Virus record (IMG/VR): IMGVR_UViG_3300044712_000123
Reading direction: 5' to 3' (one strand)
DNA length: 64,000 bases
Source of the DNA: a virus
Lineage: Duplodnaviria > Heunggongvirae > Uroviricota > Caudoviricetes
Positions 57,266-64,000 of the stretch are shown in pieces. The number at the start of each line of letters is the position of its first letter. Within the stretch, counting starts at the first letter, position 1. A model generated the notes under the pieces. The model was given only the letters and a program-made list of their open reading frames with translations. It did not search any database and was not told where the DNA came from. The position numbers and the translations under genes were made by a program.

Positions 57266-57676
57266 TCACCATAAATGAGGTTCGTGAGTTGGTTCGTCTT
57301 TCAGAATCAATACAATTTCTTGTTTCTCAGAATACACCAATCCCAACGCTTCTAATAGATCGCGGCGCTCCTCTGCAGGCTTTTTCAACCATGCATCAAC
57401 GACTTCATAAGACCCGTGAGTAGTCCCATTGACCAAATGATTCATGATCCACGATACTGTTTTCTTCAAAACAGGTACCGTGTTCGCAGGATGACTTCTG
57501 GCCATTGCTCCCATAAAATCATTTGCAAGGACTGCATTCCAAAAGCCACCGGGATGAAACCCATGGACAAGATAATTGAAAATAGGATCAGCGTAGTCTT
57601 TTGGAACTTCGTATTGTGAGAACGTTCCCATAAATTTATTTCTACTATGTGCTGTCAATGTCACTGTCAATGTCAT
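57266..57676 (-). CDS. hypothetical protein
   Basis: YLVHGFHPGGF..VLAND. Confidence 0.7.
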   Translation of the reverse strand: MTLTVTLTAHSRNKFMGTFSQYEVPKDYADPIFNYLVHGFHPGGFWNAVLANDFMGAMARSHPANTVPVLKKTVSWIMNHLVNGTTHGSYEVVDAWLKKPAEERRDLLEALGLVYSEKQEIVLILKDEPTHEPHLW

Positions 57677-58194
57677 ACGAACCTCGCTACTAGATTGTTT
57701 ACGAATTCATCCGAGCTATCACCCAGATCGTGGTCTTCACAGAATACAGCAACATCACCGAACTTGGCAAGTTTGCGACCTGCATCATCGTTATCACATA
57801 CTGAAACAACCTTGCGGTTCAACATCATCAACCAATTACTCAAGTCTTTACCGGTGTTGTTGCTTAACACTGCGAGGGCACTAACACCTTTCGCAGTCAA
57901 TCGTGCGGCATCAAAAACACCTTCAACCAAAAATACAACGTGCGGGGTCAGATGCAAACTTTCAACACCAAAGACCGCAAGAGTGGGTTGCTTTCTGTAA
58001 GTAAAGTACTTACCTTGCTTGGGATTGTTTTGTGGCTTCTTCTCGCCTTCGGGTCTGTATTGTTGGTAGCCAACAACTTGACCACTCAAGTTGTACAGGA
58101 AGAATGTTGCAACACGCTCAACCTCGTCCACCATAGGACGATGCAACTCAAGATTGAGGTGTCTGTCTTTCAAGTGTTCGAGAACTGTTTTCAT
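57673..58194 (-). CDS. standalone TOPRIM (primase-like) protein
   Basis: GYQQYRP, VEGVFDA, CDNDDAG, DLGD. Confidence 0.75.
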   Translation of the reverse strand: MKTVLEHLKDRHLNLELHRPMVDEVERVATFFLYNLSGQVVGYQQYRPEGEKKPQNNPKQGKYFTYRKQPTLAVFGVESLHLTPHVVFLVEGVFDAARLTAKGVSALAVLSNNTGKDLSNWLMMLNRKVVSVCDNDDAGRKLAKFGDVAVFCEDHDLGDSSDEFVNNLVARFV

Positions 58195-58445
58195 TTCAAT
58201 AACTCTGCCATTAGTAATAGTTTCTCTAAGTGGTCGATTGATTTGTTGATTGCTTCAATCTGTTTTTCCAAATACGAGAACTTTTGTGTTCGTCTTGCTT
58301 CAACTTCTAGCTTGCTTAATTCACTGACCATGTTGCTAATGTTGTTTAACATTTTACGCAAGTCTGGGTTGAACGGCAAACTGTTAACTTGAGTTCTCAA
58401 TTTAGAGTGTACATGTTGCCAGTCAAGTGAAGAATTTATTTGCAT
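58191..58445 (-). CDS. small hypothetical protein
   Basis: promoter 58452-58480 directly upstream. Confidence 0.65.
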   Translation of the reverse strand: MQINSSLDWQHVHSKLRTQVNSLPFNPDLRKMLNNISNMVSELSKLEVEARRTQKFSYLEKQIEAINKSIDHLEKLLLMAELLK

Positions 58446-58484
58446 ACGCTAAGTATAACACTTTTGGGTATTTTTGTCAAGCCA

Positions 58485-58508
58485 CAAAAAAGCCCCTTTC
58501 GGGGCTTA
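58485..58508 (-). terminator. rho-independent terminator
   Basis: AAGCCCC-GAAA-GGGGCTT plus U-tract. Confidence 0.8.
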
Positions 58509-58510
58509 TG

Positions 58511-59452
58511 TTATGCGAAAATTTCTAACGCTGTCCCGCATTCAGTACAAAACTTTGCAGTAGCTTTGTTCTGTTTACCACATGTAACACACTTAGGTTT
58601 GTGCTTTGTAGTTACAGGCTTTAATACAGGCTTATTGTCTTCTGTCTCACCTAACAACTTCAATACGATAGAAAACTTCTCCGGCTCCATTGCGTTCATA
58701 TAAGTTGTTTGGAAACTTTGTGTAGACTTAGAGCCTGGCACAGTGATGCCAACATCGTTCTTAGGTGCTTCCATCCAATCCATAGTAGCCATGCCATCAT
58801 GTATTTCCATCTTGTTGATGATACCATTAGTAGCACAGTAATTATCAATTGACGCACTGGCTGCTTGTGCAGTTGCTTGTCCGTTCTGGCTCCAATCAAC
58901 ACCACGCATTGAGCCATTGACGTTCGTAGAGTAAGAAGTACCGCTACCCTGTATCCAGCTATTGTTGATACTCTTGCTGTATTTGTCAGTGACTCCTGGA
59001 TACTCACTTGACCCAATGCTGCCACTGATGCTACCAAAGTCAAGACCTCTAAAGAGTTGATTTTTTTGCCAATCATTCAAGTTGTTGACAGAGATAGGAG
59101 GCTTCTCAAACTGAAATTCAATACGAACTAATCCGTCTTCTAGTTTGACACCTCGTGGGCCGTCTTCGATTGATTGTGTGCGTTCGATGAATTTGAAACG
59201 ATTACCCTCTTTAAGATTGCCACCCTTGATACTGCGTTCAAGGTCAATCTCTTGTCCTGCATTAAGAACAAGCCCACCTGGCGTCATGTTATCACCGTCG
59301 ATAAAGACGTTGACTAGTGCTCGTTTTGTGTTGAGGTTTTTGAGTAGAAAACTGTATTCTGATCCGAAGGGGATATAAACAGTGTCTTTAAATTCGCGGA
59401 GAATTTTACCATTGGCTTTTAGGCTGGCCACCAGCTTTGATTCATACATCAT
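58511..59452 (-). CDS. hypothetical protein with C-terminal Zn ribbon
   Basis: CVTCG..FCTECG. Confidence 0.75.
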   Translation of the reverse strand: MMYESKLVASLKANGKILREFKDTVYIPFGSEYSFLLKNLNTKRALVNVFIDGDNMTPGGLVLNAGQEIDLERSIKGGNLKEGNRFKFIERTQSIEDGPRGVKLEDGLVRIEFQFEKPPISVNNLNDWQKNQLFRGLDFGSISGSIGSSEYPGVTDKYSKSINNSWIQGSGTSYSTNVNGSMRGVDWSQNGQATAQAASASIDNYCATNGIINKMEIHDGMATMDWMEAPKNDVGITVPGSKSTQSFQTTYMNAMEPEKFSIVLKLLGETEDNKPVLKPVTTKHKPKCVTCGKQNKATAKFCTECGTALEIFA

Positions 59453-59568
59453 ATTTTCCTTTTACTGCTCACAGACTAAGAGCATGTTGGTTAAAGTCTG
59501 TCGGTGAAGCCCTGTGCTTCAACAGTATTTAGTGTAACACAGGGCTTATATAAAAGAAAATTGTTTGG

Positions 59569-60087
59569 TTAGTTTGCTACAACTTTAGAAACCGAATTGA
59601 TAACACTTGCGATACGACCGATATCACGAAGTTGTTCTACCGTGTAGCCCATTTTCTTCAATCCTTCGTAGTGTGCTTTCACACAGAAGTGACATTTACC
59701 AACAATGCTTGCAGCCAAACTGTATGCTTCAAATCTTTCGGCAGTTGTGCCACCGTGAGTTGCAATAGCATTCATGCGTAACTGTGCAGGCAAGCCCTTC
59801 AAGTTTTCATCATCAGCCATTTCAACGAATGGATACCAAACGTTGTTTTGCGCCATCAACGCACCTGCTGTTAATGCCGCATTTGTTTCAGTCTTGTTTT
59901 GAATTTGACTTTCCATCCAAGTCCACAACTTACTGTTACCTGTTGCAAACGCTGCCGCTAATGCGACTGCTTCTGCTTCTTCTACAGGAAGTGTACTACG
60001 CTTGATTACAGCGTCAATGTTTAGTTTAGTATCCTTGGCATAGTCAGGAATACTGTTCTCTTTTAATGCGTCTACCCATGTTGTCAT
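59569..60087 (-). CDS. ahpD: alkyl hydroperoxidase AhpD
   Basis: PDYAKDTKLN, MAQNNVWY, SIVGKCHFCVKAH. Confidence 0.88.
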   Translation of the reverse strand: MTTWVDALKENSIPDYAKDTKLNIDAVIKRSTLPVEEAEAVALAAAFATGNSKLWTWMESQIQNKTETNAALTAGALMAQNNVWYPFVEMADDENLKGLPAQLRMNAIATHGGTTAERFEAYSLAASIVGKCHFCVKAHYEGLKKMGYTVEQLRDIGRIASVINSVSKVVAN

Positions 60088-60164
60088 TTTGTTTCTCCTA
60101 TAGAAGGGCAATCCTTACAACCCTTCTCTTTGCAGTATTCTACATAGTCAGTAAAGTCGTACAT
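60084..60164 (-). CDS. 26-aa Cys-rich peptide between ahpC and ahpD
   Basis: MYDFTDYVEYCKEKGCKDCPSIGETK; GAAGGGG RBS; ATGA overlap with ahpD. Confidence 0.45.
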   Translation of the reverse strand: MYDFTDYVEYCKEKGCKDCPSIGETK

Positions 60165-60180
60165 GATTGCCCCTTCTTAA

Positions 60181-60726
60181 TTAAAGTGTATCACCACCGA
60201 TTGGGCGTGAGCATGGGCACAACTCGCCAGTTTGCAATGCGTCAAGTACACGCAACGCTTCGTCTGGGTTACGACCAACGTCCAAGTTGTTCACAGTAAC
60301 GTGTTGAATAACGTTCTCTGGGTCAACAATGAATGTTGCACGAAGTGCTGCGCCTGCGGGACCATAGAAGATACCAAGTTGCTGAGCCAATGACATTTCA
60401 TCACGTGCTACGTCTGCGAACGACCATGAATTTGTCTTCTTCAAGTCTTCATGTGCATTACGCCATGCCAACTTACAGAACTCATTGTCAGTAGAACCGA
60501 TCAATAGAACTGCATCACGATCAGCAAAGTCACCGTTCAACTTGTCATATGCTACGATTTCAGTTGGGCACACGAATGTGAAGTCCTTTGGATAGAACAC
60601 GATTACTTTCCATTTGCCTTCGAAACTTTTTTCTGTAATAGTTTCAAATGCTCCTTCTGGTGTGAGTGCTCCTGGCTTAACGCCTGTAACTGCAAAACTT
60701 GTGATTTTATCGCCGATTGTTTTCAT
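60181..60726 (-). CDS. ahpC: peroxiredoxin AhpC
   Basis: FYPKDFTFVCPTE, GRNPDE, TGELCP. Confidence 0.93.
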   Translation of the reverse strand: MKTIGDKITSFAVTGVKPGALTPEGAFETITEKSFEGKWKVIVFYPKDFTFVCPTEIVAYDKLNGDFADRDAVLLIGSTDNEFCKLAWRNAHEDLKKTNSWSFADVARDEMSLAQQLGIFYGPAGAALRATFIVDPENVIQHVTVNNLDVGRNPDEALRVLDALQTGELCPCSRPIGGDTL

Positions 60727-60750
60727 TTTATTTCCTTTTAAGTTAATGAA

Positions 60751-61116
60751 TTATTTTCTCTGTGCTCTACAATTAGGGCATATCAACTGTAGATTGTCTT
60801 CCTTAGTATTGTAACTGTCTCCATCACTGTAAGTTACATCGAGTGGAATGTCTTTCCCATTGTGATGTTCGTTATTACAAACTTCACATTTATGACCTCT
60901 CTCTTTAATCAAGTACTGTTTAATCCAATCAGGGATTTTAGCCCAGGCTTGTGGCTCTTTGCCCTCTTTCCATTCTTGTACCTTCTCAAACATCTTGTTT
61001 CTCCGTTGATGTTCTTGTTGGCAACTATTATTACAGTACTTGTTAGTGTAAGAGTGACCTTTGATCGGATTGACCTTGCCACAACTCAAACAAGTAAAAC
61101 AACCTAAATTTGACAT
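60751..61116 (-). CDS. Zn-finger HNH-like protein, probably inactive
   Basis: KYCNNSCQ, CEVC, NLQLICPNC; catalytic His positions replaced. Confidence 0.65.
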   Translation of the reverse strand: MSNLGCFTCLSCGKVNPIKGHSYTNKYCNNSCQQEHQRRNKMFEKVQEWKEGKEPQAWAKIPDWIKQYLIKERGHKCEVCNNEHHNGKDIPLDVTYSDGDSYNTKEDNLQLICPNCRAQRK

Positions 61117-61207
61117 TTCTTCTTTCTTAATAGAGCATCATTGTAGAGCACTATGTACTTTTATTTAGTGCTCTATGTTCTCTATTATATACTACTATTT
61201 TGCATTT

Positions 61208-61819
61208 TCAATCGTTTTGGTCATCCTCGTCATCGTCGGACCAGTCGTCATAATCAATTGCATCCAAATCGATATCGCTGGTCCCTTGATACTTTGGGTC
61301 GTCATACATCCTATAGTATCCTTCATTAGGCATAAGTTTTCTAAAGTCTGTATCTGTCAGCATTAGTGCGAGGTAAGTTACATCGCTTGCATTGTGGATA
61401 TCAGTTACGTAGTACGTAGTTGTACATGCGCCACCTATACTTTTGATAGGACCATGTTTGATTTTCTTTTCTTTGAGCAACTCACGCAGTTTGTTTCCTC
61501 CCCAACCACTGATAGTTACACGGGTAATGCCTTTCTTGGCATTGTTCAATCGGACCTTATCGTGGGTCGTGAGTTCTGAGATTGTTGCGTTGTTCTCATC
61601 GTCAATCGTAAGGAGTGATTCCTTGATTTTGATAGAGCCTTTTGTCGCAGGATTGTCGGGAGTTTCTTTGGTATCCCAGGGAAGTTTACAGTGAACATGA
61701 TTCACGTAAAATGATTCACCATGTGTTTTTAAGACCCACATAGGTATGGTCTGATCTTGCAAATGTCCCTTGTTGAAGTGGAACACTATGTCCTTACATG
61801 CGTATTCAATCTATGCCAT
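61208..61819 (-). CDS. hypothetical protein with in-frame amber codon at position 3
   Basis: AAAGGAG-N7-ATG GCA TAG ATT GAA TAC.. continuing in frame into the 192-aa ORF. Confidence 0.7.
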
Positions 61820-61854
61820 TTTGATTTCTCCTTTGTTAATAGCAATTTTATTTA

Positions 61855-62133
61855 TTAGAAATTTGCTTCTTCTAATTCTTCGTCAGTTAGACTCTCATAC
61901 CGTAGTTGAACTCTACCATCATACTTGAGCAACAACCATGTTAGTTCTTCATCGGTATGTGTGTTCAAGTAAATCTTGTGTCGGTCAGTTAATATTCCAT
62001 AACCAGTAGTCGCATCGCACCAGCCACTATCACCCTGTTCATAAGGAGACTCTAGATCATAATCTACACCAGAGTTGTTGATCCATTCAACATCATCTTG
62101 GGTGTAAGGTGGGGGCAAGTACCAAGTTTTCAT
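61855..62133 (-). CDS. small acidic protein (FxLxW-like)
   Basis: ELTWLLLKYD. Confidence 0.65.
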   Translation of the reverse strand: MKTWYLPPPYTQDDVEWINNSGVDYDLESPYEQGDSGWCDATTGYGILTDRHKIYLNTHTDEELTWLLLKYDGRVQLRYESLTDEELEEANF

Positions 62134-62145
62134 ATTTACAAATTA

Positions 62146-62220
62146 TGGTGCGCTAGACGGGAATCGAACCCGTGATTCAGAGTTTTAGAGGCTCCTGCTA
62201 TGCCACTTAGCTACTAGCGC
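62146..62220 (-). tRNA. amber suppressor tRNA (anticodon CUA)
   Basis: GCGCTAG/CTAGCGC acceptor, GCTA/TAGC D-stem, loop CT-CTA-AA, ACGGG-TTCGATT-CCCGT T-arm, encoded ACCA. Confidence 0.88.
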
Positions 62221-62232
62221 AGTATGAGAGTT

Positions 62233-62261
62233 ATTATACACAAAAAGAAAGGCTCTGTAAA
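62233..62261 (-). promoter_or_regulatory. sigma70 promoter of suppressor tRNA, overlapping upstream terminator
   Basis: TTTACA-N17-TATAAT; GAAAGGCTC/GAGCCTTTC hairpin. Confidence 0.7.
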
Positions 62262-62288
62262 GAGCCTTTCTACCCAATTCAGATAGAA

Positions 62289-62741
62289 TTAGAATGTATA
62301 CTTCAAGCCTGCAGTAACAGTGTTACCATCAGAATCCTGAACACGCTTCTGACCATACTGACGAGCCGTATCCAAAGTGAAAGCAACTTGCTTAGTCAAT
62401 GGAAGGGTTGCGCCAACACCGACAGCCAATGCATAGCCATCACTAGTAGTTTGGTTATTCAAGTATGCGACTGCAACTTTGGGAGTCACAGTGACAGGGC
62501 CGAACTTAGCAATGTCGTAGCCAGCAGTAACGCTGTAACGGTCTTGATCGTTAGCACCCTTAGTGAAACGTTCGAAGCCACCTGTAACGCTAACCTTGCC
62601 ATATGATTGACCAACCGCGATACCGAAGCCTTGACGGGCAGTTGGTGCGCTATAGTCAGTTGTTGATGTTACGCCAACTTCCAAAGCTGATGCTGAGAAT
62701 GCGGCGACTGCTAAGATTGATGCGATTGCAAATTTTTTCAT
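62289..62741 (-). CDS. outer-membrane beta-barrel protein
   Basis: Sec signal peptide, amphipathic beta strands, C-terminal GLKYTF. Confidence 0.8.
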   Translation of the reverse strand: MKKFAIASILAVAAFSASALEVGVTSTTDYSAPTARQGFGIAVGQSYGKVSVTGGFERFTKGANDQDRYSVTAGYDIAKFGPVTVTPKVAVAYLNNQTTSDGYALAVGVGATLPLTKQVAFTLDTARQYGQKRVQDSDGNTVTAGLKYTF

Positions 62742-62812
62742 TTAGTTTTCCTTTAAAAAATGCTTCTTTCGAAACATGAACTATTATATATCACTCGAAA
62801 AGTACATGCAAT

Positions 62813-62837
62813 AAAAAAGGCTACCGAAGTAGCCTTT
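62813..62837 (-). terminator. terminator of tmRNA gene
   Basis: AAAGGCTAC-TTCG-GTAGCCTTTTTT. Confidence 0.85.
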
Positions 62838-63128
62838 AGTGAGTTTCTGTTACGAGGTATTTCTTACCCTAGCGGCCTTTATCAGGCTGCAATGCGGAAA
62901 CTTTCGTCATTTGCATTTAAGTTTTTTGCGTCTACGACCGGGTCACCCCAATCCTACGGGTTCTGCTTTCCCGAGCTGTCCACTCTGTTACTCTTTGCCC
63001 TGTCGAAACCATTTCATCCCCAACAACAACACACTATTTCTAATATGCTCTTGGTGGAGATGGGGGCTTCGAAGCCCCGTCCAAGACTCATTTCTCGTTG
63101 TATCTTTCCTTTCGGACTTTACAGCAAT
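62838..63128 (-). ncRNA. ssrA: circularly permuted (two-piece) tmRNA, tag ANDESFRIAA
   Basis: acceptor piece ending CATCTCCACCA (63052) precedes coding piece starting GGGGATG (63021); G3:U pair; tag ORF 62882-62914. Confidence 0.88.
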
Positions 63129-63132
63129 ATTC

Positions 63133-63765
63133 TTATTTAATCAATCTACGCTTTTGTAAATTCAATTCTGCTATTTTAGCATCGTCTGGCTTTAGATAGT
63201 AATTCTTCTCACCATCGTTATACCAGTGTCTACCAAAGGCATTGTTGTTTTTATTCTTGCGTAGTTGACTCCATTCAGTTGTTGTGATCCAACCTTCCGG
63301 GATTTGTTCTTTATTATACTTCTTGCGTGATGACAAGTCAACCGCATCTTTTACCACACACCAAACTTTTCCAAATTGAGAATTGTTTTCTTTCTGTTGG
63401 TGCTGTCTTTCGGCAAAGGTCTTCTTACGCTTTTCCATTGCGGATTCACTATTGGCTAAAGCACACACCTTCTTTTGATGTTCTTCATTCACGGCAAAAT
63501 TGTGTTCAGTGCGGATACCAGTGAATGGATTAGGGTGTAATTGATGGCGCAACTTTGCCGCTTCTCGTTGTCTTATTCTTACCAATTCTTCTTTTGGGCT
63601 TAACTTTGCTAACCCGTGCCACGCAACATAATCTTGCCAACGACCATATTCTTCGTATAACTTGCGATGTGCTTCTGCGTGGTCATCAACAGACAATTCT
63701 ACAAGATTACTCGGATCGTCTGTTCCGCCTGCGTGTTTAGGAATAATGTGATGTTTGTGGCTCAT
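63133..63765 (-). CDS. HNH homing endonuclease
   Basis: HHIIPKHAGGTDDPSNLVEL..HAEAH; NUMOD-like WYNDG; TATAAATA 5 nt upstream. Confidence 0.85.
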   Translation of the reverse strand: MSHKHHIIPKHAGGTDDPSNLVELSVDDHAEAHRKLYEEYGRWQDYVAWHGLAKLSPKEELVRIRQREAAKLRHQLHPNPFTGIRTEHNFAVNEEHQKKVCALANSESAMEKRKKTFAERQHQQKENNSQFGKVWCVVKDAVDLSSRKKYNKEQIPEGWITTTEWSQLRKNKNNNAFGRHWYNDGEKNYYLKPDDAKIAELNLQKRRLIK

Positions 63766-63814
63766 ACAAGTATTTATACCTGTCGAACCAAAGTCCAGCA
63801 TTTACTGAATCTTA

Positions 63815-64000
63815 TTAAACTCCAAAATGTTGTTTAATCTGATTGGATTTAGTTTCCACTGCCACTTGCCAACCTGTGTCAAAATATTCATCCTTGGACA
63901 AACTATACATTATAGTAGTGCCTAGTGGACGAGGGTTATTATTTTCCACAATACTCAAACATTCTCTCACAATCAATTCGGCGAACTTTTCCAACAACAC
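63815..64000 (-). CDS. small protein, MNER..KFAELIV family (5' end off window)
   Basis: EKFAELIVRECL..IKQHFGV. Confidence 0.7.
   Translation of the reverse strand: MLLEKFAELIVRECLSIVENNNPRPLGTTIMYSLSKDEYFDTGWQVAVETKSNQIKQHFGV

Noticed and set aside
17228-58480. Promoter repeats as a CRISPR array
   Set aside because: Irregular spacing, whole genes between copies, clear -35/-10 structure, no cas genes
62146-62220. Reading the tRNA as Arg(UCU)
   Set aside because: That register puts C at position 33 and breaks the anticodon stem; the CUA register keeps U33 and A37
63133-63799. HNH gene as part of a group I intron in tmRNA
   Set aside because: No room for, or sign of, intron core helices around the ORF
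1-64000. Genome-wide TAG reassignment (code 15)
   Set aside because: Core genes are full length in code 11, and readthrough of the five TAG-terminated genes checked gives no fusion or obviously meaningful extension

Overview
64-kb segment of a large T4-distant (probably jumbo) tailed phage. Genes are densely packed and almost all lie on the minus strand. It carries a replication/recombination core (DnaB/gp41 helicase, primase, a 191-aa mini-DnaE, DEDD exonuclease, UvsW, UvsX/RecA, UvsY, gp32) plus rIIA/rIIB, large terminase, spanins, thyA/dfr, sugar-modifying enzymes, ahpC/ahpD and an NAD+ salvage island (NAMPT, NadM-Nudix, Macro, SLOG, NDT-like). About 20 near-consensus, mutually related sigma70 promoters punctuate arrays of small genes. 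The most striking feature is a translation-control locus at 61.2-63.8 kb. An amber-suppressor tRNA (anticodon CUA) lies upstream, in the same predicted transcript, of a gene with a strong RBS and a TAG at codon 3, although the window otherwise reads in code 11. Next to it is a circularly permuted (two-piece) tmRNA with tag ANDESFRIAA. Two apparently unnamed covarying RNA leader motifs were also seen, one before both GIY-YIG endonucleases and one before the NAD genes. All calls come from motif recognition by eye; no searches were run.
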